DNA of 64,000 bases from Fimbriosthenelais zetlandica (lineage: Eukaryota). Position 1 is the stretch's first letter. The number at the start of each line of letters is the position of its first letter. The translations under genes were made by a program, and so were the position numbers. The notes beneath the pieces were generated by a model. That model ran no database searches and was not told where the DNA came from. It was given only the letters and a program-made list of their open reading frames with translations. The stretch is taken from the NCBI GenBank assembly GCA_977030845.1, contig OZ365118.1, positions 3,286,001 through 3,350,000 on the forward strand, in the 5' to 3' direction. Below, piece after piece: positions 1-13,300 of this stretch.

Positions 1-24
1 CTAGATGTAGGTAGCCATTGACTC

Positions 25-97
25 GTTATGGTTTTTGACCTATATTGCCCAGTGTTATGGTTTTTGACCTATATTGCCCAGTGTTATAGTTTTTGAC
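25..97. repeat. 29-bp tandem repeat, about 2.5 copies
   Basis: GTTATGGTTTTTGACCTATATTGCCCAGT starts at 25 and 54, with a partial, diverged third copy at 83. Confidence 0.9.
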
Positions 98-3000
98 TTG
101 TATTTTTTGTCTAACCTTTATACCTCGCCGTCTCTACCCTTGTCCACCGCTCAGAGCCAGTCAGTGTTAACACTGGAGGATCTATGTGGCGGATATTAGC
201 GGATCTTACCCGCCTAGAGAATATTCACAGTGATGTGTATTTCTCCGGGGGTATAGGCAGATTGGCGGGCGCTGGGGAGATCTTATACATCCACTAGAAG
301 CAATATCCCACACTCCTATTTCCATCTGAAGACATCCCACAGTGTATGGAGGCCAGCAGGCCAGCAGGCAGGCAAATCAGTATTAGGACATTTCCCACCA
401 GGGCAAAGATTCATCCGGTCTGCCAGGAAATTGTCTAACTAAAGTCATTTCTTAAATATATTGCAAACTTCAGGTAAAGTTAGCTGAGATTCTACAGTAA
501 TTTGACAGCGAAATGGTATAGAATCTATCAATAGAAAATAATCTATCAGTTACTCTATTCTTTTCACCAATTGCTCATTCGATCATATGTAATTTTGAGA
601 TATTGTGATGGGTTGGTATTGCGAAATATATGGATAATATTGGGAGGAATGAAGTGCGCTGCAGCAGGCATGTAGGGTTAGTGGGATCCCGCCTTGTATT
701 GGGGTTGGGTGAAGCCTGTCGGGTTTTAGCATGGAGACCTTGTTTGATATGAATCCCAATCATCTCTGACAGTATGGTCGAGCCTTCCCCCCTGATGGTC
801 AGTATTCAGATAGCCTCCATTGACCAACTGGACAGCCGATCAGCCCCTCTTATAATATCATGGAAGCTTATAGGTGGACTCCATATAGAAATGTCCATCC
901 AGGAAAAACGCTATATCCCCCATGTTATAGCCCTTATGTAGGCCCTTACATAGAGTGCCCTGCTGGCTTAGTGCTATTGTATACAAACACGGAGAAAATA
1001 TCAAAAAGTGAATAAAGCTTTCTGCTGATCGATAAGAGACCATTTAATGGCTGTTGTTTGCTAAGCCACGGCCATATAATTACAATAAAACCAACATGGC
1101 GAGAAATGAAAGTGAAATTCGCAGCAGATCGATAAGATAGTGCGTCTGTGATAAGCCGATCTCCGGGTTATAGGGAGCAGTATAATAACAAGTGATTGGC
1201 CGCACTGCGAGCCGCTCCATTGAACAAGTGAGCGACTCGGTGCAAACAAATTGTAGTTCGATACTCCATACAGCGAGCAAATAGTGGGCTGCTCCACCAA
1301 GCAGCCGAGGAGAAAGGCTTTATGTATGGACGTCAAGCACTGATCATCTCAGTTCATGACAAGGAGGGAGAGACAGTGAGTTGGCGGAGTATCCAGGACC
1401 AAACTCTCCCCTGTCATGAGACCCAGACCTACCAAAAACACCAATGATTGATCACCTAGTAACAGTGCAGAATCAGATTCCCTTGTTTGTTTTTATTTAC
1501 CCCTGTTCGTCCCCTCGTGAAATGGCCTTTCATTACCTTTGGAGGAGGCGGGGATACCTCTAATTCACCAGTTATTGCATCTGATGTCTGCATTAATCTG
1601 CGAAGCTTTGCCGCTCGCCGATTTATCGCTGTGAATATAGTGGCTACCAACTCCTCAGAGATGAATATCTGTCCGCCATTGGTTTCCAGTTTAGCTAATT
1701 TCCTCTCATAATAGATATCTATGGCTGAAAAAACACAGTCTTCATGGCCCTTCACATGGCATGGAAAATGGGAAAACAAATAGTGGGAGATATCACGGCC
1801 ATTTGTGCCTTTGTATTTATATGCCAGGGAATGAACTAAACTTGTAATCGCTCATAAAACAACCCAAGCTCTCGTGTCTTCCCTGTTTATTCCCTATACA
1901 GATTTATATCGAATCCATCTTCAGTCTTTAGTATCCAAGGCAACACATATTTTTCTGCCTTCCTTCCACACAACATTGTCATTTAAATTTTTCACGGTGT
2001 TGCATCCGGCTTTTAATTTCATGCCCATTTACTGCATAATGAATGAACCTAAAATAAATTGGCTGTATCCATGCTAGCATTGGTCTGAGGAGCATATGTT
2101 TGCTATTGTGAATTCACGGCTGTGCATGAATGCTTGGAGCCTGCTTGTAGACGGGCGAGCGCCTGGGGTTATGTGAGCAGGACGGTGTTGCGTCACTTCT
2201 GTATGCATGTTCAGACATCCGACAAAATAAACCCAGCTCCACTAATAATACACTGACCTATAGGGTCCTGGTATACTCTGTACTCGCTCCCTAAAACCCA
2301 GAATCAAGCAGTGAAAAGGCCAGCGCGCCTACAAGCCATCCATTGTTAAGCCCAGCCTTCCTTTCTTTTCACTTTCTCTTCACTTTCTCCTGCTCCTGCC
2401 AGAAGCATTTAAATTCTCTCGCGTCACCAGCTGCGGCTCGACAGATTCAAGGAAATTACTGAGTGAAAAGCCAATCAGCCTGAAATGGCCTGATATGTCG
2501 AGCATGCGGCAAACAACACCGAGACAGCGGGCGTCAATTGAAGTGAACATTTGAACTCAATGTAATAGGTCCTCCATGAAATTTTAATCCCCAATATCTG
2601 AAAAACCCAATACCATTGATACCAACTTTCCAGCAAATGGACCTTTTGGGAATTGAAAGTAAGGCAGCATTGAAACGTTTAGAAATACACATAAAGGCAT
2701 TAGAGGCGTATAGCAAGCCTTTGATGGGCACTATTTTACTTTCTCAGCCTTGAAGCGGTTACTCAATTTGGTCTTAATTGCGAGAGGAAAGCCATTGTGG
2801 CAATAAGAGCAGTTGAGTTGAAGGAGGCTGGCAAGCAATGAGGATGGGTGAGCAAAAGGAATAGGGCGAGCTTCTCAGTCCACTGATGGGTGTGTTGGGC
2901 TGGATAGTGGCTTGTGACACTATGGGAGCTGCTCTATAATGAGCCCACCCCTCCCACCATGAGGGCATTCAGCTAAAGGTCAGTACCTAACATACAGCCA

Positions 3001-4291
3001 ATAACCTTTTTTAACCAAGTCCCCCAACATACACACGCGTGGAGTAAATATAACCAAACTTCTCCTTATTTTAGAGCTCGCCCCGGGCACTAATCGAAGA
3101 TGTTGTCCTTCCTCAATATACAGCTTAAATTTTGATATTAAACATGCATGAGAGTCGTCTATACATTGAGGTGTAACATGACTGTTTAATAGCATGTATA
3201 TTATACCGGTATAAAGGTGAATATGATTTAAAGCCGGTGTAAGTATAGTCATATAGGGGACAGTCATTGTTGGTGAGATGACTGCACTTCCCTTACATAC
3301 AATGGTACGACTTGTCTGCTGATTTATCTAAGTTTTTACATTGTCATTCACACCTTCAGTATAGATACTGTCCCAGGCACTGTGCGGTAACACATCCACC
3401 CAGTCAAATATAACCACACTTCATTTGATAACACACAACATTAGGTCCTAAATACCATGTTCAAACTGGCTCTTTTCTACACCCAAAATAAAAATTGGGG
3501 TAAAAATGCCACCCCAAAAAGTTCAAGCTTGGAATAGCAGGATCATTGTAGTACATTTCCACCTTTGCACCTCTGATCAAAACGATAAGTTGCCCGCGGA
3601 CCGGGCCTACTTCCCGCACCCCACCCCGAAACTTTAGTCGCCAGATCATTGATGCATGAAAAGTGGTATATCATTTTGATGAGGTGGAAATGGACCGAAA
3701 GATGTGACTGCATTGTGAATGAACGGTAGGATGGAGAAGTATAGAGGGGCTTGCATGTCTTTGGCTGGGCGGGTCGGGGGAGGCTGGGCAGGAGCATGAA
3801 ATCTTAATAATATGCTGGAGTTGTGAAGAAAAGCTCGTTTATGACCTGTTGGTATACAAAGACAGCCCGCTGGAGCCCAACCGTCCACCTACATCTCCCT
3901 CACCACCCATGCCTGAACCAGACGCCTCCATTTTCTCCCTCTCTATCTCTATAATTGCTTCTAATCTGATCAAAACGAGAGGGACAAGTCCCGAGCAAGC
4001 AAGAAGCAATGCATCCCCTACTAACTATCATCATTTTATATGAGAGGCGAATATTTCTAAATGAATGATTCCGTCTCTTAGAAGATAAAGGATCAGGGCA
4101 GTGACCAGAGAGAGAATTTAATCAAAGAGACTGAATAAGTTCAAAGTGTTCCGCCTTTGGATCTTTGATTCCCTTTGCTGATTATTTGTACGGACTACAA
4201 TGCCTTCTCTTTCATTAGATTTGGTGAAGTTTCAGTCTGAGGAAATAGATTTAAAATCTTTCCCCGCGGGTGTGTACAGTCTTCTTATCGA

Positions 4292-4324
4292 TGATTTATA
4301 TTTCTCTGACAGTAAAATAAATCA
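4292..4324. promoter_or_regulatory. Candidate Hox/Pbx-Meis composite element
   Basis: TGATTTAT (4292-4299), TGACAG (4307-4312) and ATAAATCA (reverse complement of TGATTTAT, 4317-4324) lie within 33 bp. Motif match only. Confidence 0.3.
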
Positions 4325-7300
4325 GAGAATGGAGCTGGGGGGAAATTAGCGAGCAGATGTAATATAATGACAGTGTTGCTCACAAGTTACGCGGGCCTGG
4401 CAGCCTGCACATTTACACCTTCACCAATATTTAATAAAGGAACTCCCACGGCCACTCCGCCCACAGTCCAAGGTCGCGGCCTTCACCTCTCACCCCTCAC
4501 CTCAGACCGACTGACCTTTCCTTCAGGTAGCGCGGGCTGCAAGCGACTCCTGTCGGCAAGAGTAATAACCCGTGAGATATGATAACGGCAATAAGGGCCG
4601 GAGTCACTCAACCGATCTCCACCGATTGTTGACCATCCCATGTCCGGTGCCAGTAACATTGAGCATTTCTCATTGCATTGCTTGACAGGTCTTGGGTAAC
4701 AGATGCCTGCCGAAGCACATTTTAAAGTATTTTTTTCATAACCAACGAAGAGGAAAACCATGCAATACCAACCTGATATGACCAAAGCTTAGAAATGGGT
4801 TAAAATCAGATTTTATTATTGGAGATTTATTTAGCATGTCAGGAGTTAATGTTGGTGTTAGACCATGGCCTGGATGGAAGGAGTTTCAGCTGTTAATGTT
4901 GAAGGAGAAATAATAGAAGCAGCAAATTGAGGTTTGCTTTCTGATCCTGGCTTTTAGAGGTTATGTGTGAATGCGGTCAATGGTGGGGAGAAAACTGCCT
5001 TCATTAAAGCTCTACCCAAACAAGGCCTTATACTGCGGAATAGAAAGGGGTTAGCAAAGCTTGGTCCGAGTCCAATCACAACAAGCACAACTCCTCTACT
5101 CTCCCGGGTTATATGAAGACATATGGCGACCAGGACAGGGTGACAATTGGGTTCACAGCTTTATTTACTTAATACTTGTCATTCTATTAATGTAGTTAGT
5201 CTGGATGGAATCTGTACATGGCCATATGCACACATCCAATACACATATCCATTCCATCCTTTTGTGTGGAGTTGGGTGCTTTTCCAGCCTTATGTTCCCC
5301 CGTCTTGGTAGTCCCCTCACTCAGGTCCCCAGTACACCATCCATTAACACATCAACCCCTATAAAAGATGCCATGCATTTTTAGATGCACCAGTTAAGAG
5401 GTTTCTTAATGAAAAGTCGGCTTTAAGCAGGCCTCAGTGGGCTTGTGGTGAGATCACCCGCCCCATCCTGAGAGCAGATCCCTCAAGATGAAGCCAGCTT
5501 CGTTCAACCTCGCCACATCCGGGCAGGATATGTTTTCCCTGCCAAAAACTGGCCAGATCAATATTTTCTGAAGGGTCCTACCATTGACGACCACTTAGCC
5601 ACTTATCCACTGCCCCGCTATCATAAATGTTGGGAGAAAAAGCTTTGGTGGACTAACGTGGTCTTAACACCTCCATGACATCTCCCCCCACAGATGTCGC
5701 CGACCCAGTCTCCAAAAAGACCTTCAAGGACCACTGGAGTTTGGGCTGTTAAGATGTTAACTTGATAAACTCTAAAGCACTTGGATAAGTCACACAATGC
5801 AGGACTTTATAAGGTAAACATGATGGCAGGTCTGAAACGAGGACATCCGAGAAAAGAAGGGGTTTGCTTCTCTATAATGTACATGGTTATTTGATATAGA
5901 GTATAAATAAGAAGCCCACTTGAGGCCTAATATGCCGGCAGCTGAGGGGCTTTGTATCAAATTGCCAGCTAAAATGCAGCACAATGTTAATGCATTAGAG
6001 GAATAATTCTGAGTTGACATTGTGTTTGAATTTATCAGGGGGTTATAGGGAAGCATCGTTGGTGTCTTTTTGAGGAGGTGTGGAGTAAGAAATATAAATT
6101 AATATGGAGTGTAGGAGAGGTGGGATTTATGTTAGATGGGTTGTAGGGGGCAGGGTGTGTCATTTAGGGCAGCACCGCTAGGGGGAGTAATACCACACTT
6201 GGCAATAGGGCTCCAGCCCGGCCTCCATTCCCTGAAAGGCCCTGACACCAAGCTCCCAATGCAATTCCATCCTCATTCGCCCGGGATGTGATTTGTGTGG
6301 ATAGGCATTTGTAGAAATATCCCTCCCGCTTATATCAAGGCATAAAAAAGATGCTATTATCCAATGTAAAAGCCATGTGTCATTGGATGCCAGCAGACGA
6401 CATAAAACATGTTAAATCAGCAGATTCTTCATAAAGAAGGCAGACTGGATGCGATTAGAGGCGGCTTCCCGACACACATGATCTAATGAGACATATTTTA
6501 TCACTAATTGAGCAGGTTGTATATTGATGTATAGAGGGGTCGCAGCTAGAAGTCCGCCTCTATTCTGTAGACTCTATAAGGCCTACACTATAGAGGCTCA
6601 CATAAAGCAGAGTGACCTTACAATCTGCTTATTTCCTCATTTGCCCCTTGTGGACCCTCATTTATGTGCATGCCGCTGTATAGAAAGCTAAGACTGCCTC
6701 TTTCTTGGGGGGATGTTCCATAAAAAACTCCATTTCGTATGGGGGTTTTCCACTCGTTCACTAAGGCATTGCATTTGTATTGCATTTGTATTGCAATCAA
6801 TGTTCGTAGTGGTTGTGGCAAGATAGTAGAGGAACTATTACGTCTGGCTCTTAGGTCTTACAATCTCGTCGCAAAATTTCAAAATAAACTTCATTTTAAA
6901 ACTGGTCAACACGATTCAAGTATTCCAAGCAGCTACTAGTAATTCAGGGGGCTGTTTCAAAATGAAATAAGGATGCTTGAAATGGACTCTATATATTATG
7001 GTACGTCTCTGGCTTTTCTGAAACTCTCCCCATGCCCCATGTACACACCCGCAAGCCTTTAACATATGGAAAAGGGCTGGAGCCTTCATCCTGGAGGAGG
7101 AAAGGCTTGGTGTTAGAGCCTATGTCACTCTACACCCTGACAGATCCGGATCCCCCCGTTACAGCCGGGAATTACAAGCAGGCCCTTTGTAGTAAAGGAA
7201 GGTCGTGTGTGAGAGTGGGCAGTGTAGAGGCAGGTACAGGCTCCACTGTCTCTCTACCCTCGTTATACTAGCTTCATATATGGGTATTGAGACACGCAAC

Positions 7301-10300
7301 AATACATACATGTATATAACCAAACCCATAGTACAAGACCATGAAAGGGGCTTATTTACTGTGAACCTGGGAGGTTTATAGGAAGGTTTTATGGGACCTA
7401 CATAGCAGTAGAAAACATCTTACATGGGTATACAAAATATAGGCCAACCTAAGTGTATAAGAAATAGTTAATCAGTGAGAGAAAATAGGGAAATCTATGA
7501 AGAGAAAATCTTTGTTACTGATATTTACAACAAGATAGTGGGAGATTGATATGGATGTATATTTGTGTCCTGTGTTGTGAAGATCCCATCTAATATGATA
7601 AAGCCTGCACGCCCCATCACCCCTTGTGCCGTGTATATCACCCATCCCACCAACGAGACAATACACTTACCTCCATAAGTGTGTATCCATGTAACACAGG
7701 TGACGTTGACTAAATACCTAAATGTCTTCCCTGACTTAACCAATCCATCCCACCTGTGGACTACAATAGCGCCCTCTCCTGTGATCCCACATAACACTGA
7801 TACTATCTTCTTGATGAATTCAACCCGACCTAGCACCTGTCTAGTTAGCTTCTATTTGACAGTCCTAATAGACAGCTCGCATAACACTATGCGGGACCTT
7901 CTTTAAGCTAATGGAGACACGCTCCCGTCTTAAGACTGTCAATCCCTAAGCTGGCCCAGATAGAATTTCCTTGATTAAAAGGGGACACTTGGTAACTCTG
8001 CCAGTTCCTATTCCATTTACAAGGTCGCACCGGAAGTGGGTCTTGGAATAATGACCCCAGCCCCCACCTTCCTTCCGCCATCCTTCTCCCTCTCCTATAG
8101 GGTTCCTGGGTGGTCAAGTTAATTTAAAAAGACTTATTCTTTAATAACATAGCAAGGCGGTTCCTGTATTGAAAGATCAAATGCCCCTTGAGTGATTGTT
8201 ATTGGAGAGTTCTAATTTTGTCTGAGATTTCCCCCGCTCCTTCCCTGTACATCTTAACAAAGCTGTTCTCAGAAAAGAAGAGCAATGTATTCAGAATCAA
8301 TACATCCATTATTTACGGGATAAAACCCAAGATGCCGTTTTCCCATTGAGGGTGGAGATTTAGTAAAGGAGGTACTAATCACTGAAGCGCCGACATAATG
8401 GGCCAGGTCGACCACGTATATAATCAAGGCAGGGAGCTGGCCATCCAAAAGACTTAGCTCTGAAGGAAGCCAAACAAGGCGTCCCGGAGAAAAGAGTTTT
8501 AGGTGAGCATATTGTCATACTAGTGGCGATGTATGTACCATGTTCTCACTCCCATTCTCTTATACTACTACCACTACACACCTATAGACCGGAGCATTGT
8601 TAATCTCTGTAGATTTAATTACCATCCTCTACCCCGGTAATGAGTGACTACCATTTAGAGACGATAACCTTAGTTGGTCCTCGCTATTATTTATAATTAA
8701 AAGGTCCTGGTAGGGAAGGTGTCCCTCATGCTGCAATCTCTCTATGTAATATTTACCCCGTGCCGGTGCTCTGCCCGCCTCTGCCCACACCCTACCGTGT
8801 ATAATAAGAAGCCTGATCACTTGGATTTCCCTTCACAATGTTCAATTAGTGTGGTCAATGCTAGTGGACATAGATGGACGCTCGGACAAAGCCTTTAGTC
8901 TCATGGGAGGGGCAGTAACGGGCGGACATTTCCCATGGACCGCGACCAGCTTCTGTAGAGGCGAGCCATATTATCCATACACTCCAAAAGACAACCCACT
9001 GTTTTTCAATACGTTACATAATAGAACCTGCTTAAAGGGGAACCTCTAGAGGGTCCCTGACAGCGCACAATCAATAGACCTCTATCTAAAACTGATTATT
9101 GGCCTGCCACCCCTACATTCAAGGACACTCCGAGAAGAAAAAAAAACATTTGTTAGCTCACATTGAAAGACGTACAGTAAGAGTGGTTATTTTGACCTTG
9201 AGTGTTACAAGATTTATGCATGACTGCCTGTCTAACAGATGTAAAATATCTGTTATGAGTTGGAGTGGGAAATCTCTTCTGGAGAAAACATTTTTTTTAT
9301 GAAAGAAGTAAAGAAGCGATGGGTTAAACTTTCAAAATATAGCAAAATATAAAACCAAAGATGGAGCTTAGTCTGGAGAATAGAAAAACGTGTCTGATGG
9401 ATTTTTCATTGAGAGAGACGCGCATTTGAAGAGATTTGAAAAGAGTGGTCAACGGGTAAAAACGTGAGATGTTGAAAGACTGGCTATCCCCCGGGACGCC
9501 AAAACCTGACACCTTGTCCATTATCGGCCATATCTGCAATTACTTTAAAGTGTTTCAAGAGATTATTTCTCCATCAGAGTCATGGGCAGGAGTCCTCTGG
9601 TGAGGATACAGTTGATGAAGGGACCACAAAAGACCTTTACTTTCGGTCCGACCAAACATCCAAATTAGGCCTATCGTGTAGGGTGTTTATGGTGGTTGGG
9701 GGGAGAGTCACAATGTTGCTGATTAAGTCTTTAAGTCCTATAGGAGAGATGGCTCATTTTACCTGGTCTGACCATGTGACCAGGTGCTGTATTTACACCC
9801 ATCTACCTGTCACTGCGGGCGTTCATCCTCACAAAAAAACTGCTTCGTCATCCACAGCAGGAAGTCGCCACCACAACGAGGCTGCCTCATTGTGAGGAGG
9901 CGACCCCTGTGGACTCGCTGAGTACTGAATTTCTCGAGATATGTTGAAGGGTCCCGGCCTCCTGTAGAACGGGCGCGGGGTCCATAATAAGCCAACTATA
10001 TGGAGCCTGGACCAGGGGCATTGTGTTCACTCGGGGCTTCAGTCCTCGTGCTTCTTTATACAAAGTTAGACATTGAAGCACGAGTCGAAGTCTACTTATC
10101 ACTTTTTACAAAAGCACAAGAGAGAGTTTTAGCAAGTCATGAACAAGTCTCAAAAGGAGTCCTTCTGTCACTGAGTCTCTTGTTTCGTGTGTGTATAAAG
10201 GTAATCTGGGTGTGAGAGTAAAAGCTAAGAGGAGCTTACCACTGATCACCCGACCAGCTTCTCACCTGACCCTACTGATTAAGCTCCAACACATTCCAGG

Positions 10301-13300
10301 GAAAAATGAGCGACAAGTTGATCCTGTCATGGGTGGATCGGGGGGAATAGGTGCAGAGTGGGCAGGGACGGGGAGAGAGATGGGACGGAATAATACCCCC
10401 AGCCTACTCCTGAAAACCCAGGGGTATCATTGTAGGCCTAATCAGTATCCCCTATACCTCCATATTACCTGGCCCCTCTCCCTGCCTTGTTCTCCCTGAT
10501 GGCCATCCTCCACTTCCACTCGGAAATAGACCTGCTTTATGGCTACAGTGCCCAGGAGACCACCGCATGATTTTCAAAAGAATATTTTCACTGCTTTCAA
10601 CTCTGTTCCCCATTTTTTGCCGCACCAAAGCGTGGCTAGATGCTAGCCGGCTGATTTCTAGTCGCCAGTATGGTGCTTTGATACCCGCCTTTGACAAGAT
10701 GTTAAAAATGCAGACTTGGGATCCATTTAATGGAATTTTGCATGTAATCGACCAACTTTCATAAAATGAAGGTAAAACTTGCGGCTTTGAAGCGGGGCTG
10801 GTTGAGTAATGGTAATGGAATAAATCCCATGATATTGCATGAAGTTAATGGATAGATTTTTCCATGCTTTTCATTTATCCCCCCGGGACACGAGCCCCAA
10901 ATCAGGAATTCCCCGGCCTCATCCCCTATATCCCACTTAGCAGGCCGCCTGACCATCCCCTCTAATGCCCGATCATTTGTTACCGCCATCAGGCATTGAG
11001 CATGCAGAGCATGTCCTCCACAACACCCGCGCTTCATTTACTTTACCAGGAGTTTCCTCCAATCCCCAGCTGCTCCCTTAGATCTCTACCAACAGGACCA
11101 TTTCTTTCCCACACACTTGGCGTTCCCTTAGGATTTCCAAAATAACAAAATAATGGCATGCCAGCAGAGCCCTATTTGAGCTATCAGGGCCCCACAGCCA
11201 ATCCACGATAGTGGCTTATAATTACACTAAAATTCCCATTCCTTTTGACGTGTCAAAAGTAACACAAAGATTTGTCAGAACTGCTTAAGATTCTATGAAT
11301 GTCTCAAGAGGGGAGCTCAGGATGCTTGGACGCCTTGCATGCTGACTAATTGCCTTTCTAATTGTCCTAAGGTGACTTATCTAATTAGTGCTAGATGGCC
11401 TGGAACAACACGATACCTGAAGCCATTGTGCTGGGAGGTGAAGCCTTCTGCATCATTGCAGGCACGACACTGGCCACTTATACATGCACTTACAGACCCG
11501 GGGCAATGGTTGACACTGATTCATATATATCATAGCTTAATGAAGGCCCCCGCCCGCCTACAGCGTCAAGATTACCTACTGTAAGCTCTAATTCTCCTGA
11601 TTGTTCATGATCCCCGCAATATAAGGCTCCCTTAATGATGGCTGTATTATATGACAAGCAATCTTACCTAACCACATCCAAACCCATCCCTAAAGCCTGA
11701 CAACATGATCCCCCCATCACTAAATGTGTGTGGTTTCTTATCATTTAAATCATATCAGTAGAATGATATCAGATTTAACCACCAATGGATTTAGTGTGAT
11801 GCTCATGAAGTAAATGGATCAATTTTTATGATCACTTGTTGTCAATCCAATCTTCCCATTTTTCTCGTTGAGAGGAAATCTTACAGGAGTGCGTATTGTT
11901 ATTGTCCAGGGAGGGGGAGCGAGTCCTCCTCTCTGTATATCTAACATCTCACCATATTGTCTCAGGCTGATGGATCAAGCCACTCAATATTAGCTTTACT
12001 ATAGACGAAACAATACAATCAGTCATCAAAGCCCCGCTCTCTTTGTCTTTCCTATAGTGGGCCCTCCATCCTGACTCTATATAATAAAGTCCTGCCAGAT
12101 TTGAGGCAGGCGTTGAATGGTTCCATTTGAAGGACTTCCTCCACTATTTGCCACATTGTATGGAAGCCATACATCAGGCGATGTGTGATTGACTCAGTGA
12201 TGGGCTGGGTCCCTAGTATCAGCTTTTCCATTACTACCACTTTACACCGCTATGCTTTCCCCATCTGTTCTCTGCATTGTGCACCTCTGACAGACTTTCT
12301 ATATAGTTTTGTTCCATTCCCGAGTTCTGTTTTGTTCTCGCTTCAGCTATAAAATGTGAAATGATGTCCTTGATTTATTCCTTCCCTTCTGTAATAACTC
12401 TTGCTGAAGCTGCATTTTGTTATTTACCAACTCTAAATATGCCAGATACAATCAAAACCTGAATTGAAAGGAAAACCCAAAAATACATATATCTCATTCA
12501 TTGCCCTTTGGTTTGTGTGTAAGGGCTTGTCAGGTGAAAACACTTAACCCAGAATGGTCTTCACAATAGTGAAATAATTCCACGCTTCGATATTCAATAA
12601 TCCAAGCCACTTTCCTTTTAACCTCAAATTTCACATCTCTAGACAACCCTTTAGTGTCCCTATAAGCCATTTAAACGTGGCCTAACGTGGCTTTTGGAGG
12701 GGAAAATAGACCTCTCAGGCTCTCTTCTCCCCAATAATAACATGTAATTCGAGAGATGGCTCCAAGATACAATTATGCATGTTGGTCGACAATTCTTTCA
12801 CCGGGTATGGAATGATTATTTTTTGTGGGGAGAGGAGAGAGAGCGAATGACAAGCGCAATGGTTTCACCTGCGGTTTCAAATTACCAGTGGCTACGTCCT
12901 GATGATAGTGTTAGGTGCGGGGGTCCGGGCAGTAATTGTCAACGCCATGCTTGCCAATGATGGGACATGGGTGGAATTTGCCATATATGAATGGCGTTAG
13001 TTGGGCTTATTATGATCACTGGTATGTCATCAAGAGATCAGGTGTACTGTAGAGAGATCACAACATATGCCCCTCTCCCTTCTCCCACTTCTCTCTCTTC
13101 TCTTTTGCCTGTAACTGGGCACATGTCAATGTACAGTACCATAGTCGCTTTGTGTTGGGAAGAAAGGCATGAAAGGTCTGGTATAGGAGAGATGGGTGAA
13201 AACATTATTATTTAGTCCTCTATTAAAAGTGTGGACATGAAGGGTAATATTGGTGATGATAAATGATAGACCCATATAAAGTTCACAGCAGGTCACTGCC

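Noticed and set aside
10567-10764. Possible LINE reverse-transcriptase remnant (WLDASRLISSRQYG...AFDK)
   Set aside because: Faint resemblance to the LLSxxQYGF and KAFD motifs, but the spacing is wrong and no neighbouring RT motifs are visible. A Dfam or HMM search would be needed.
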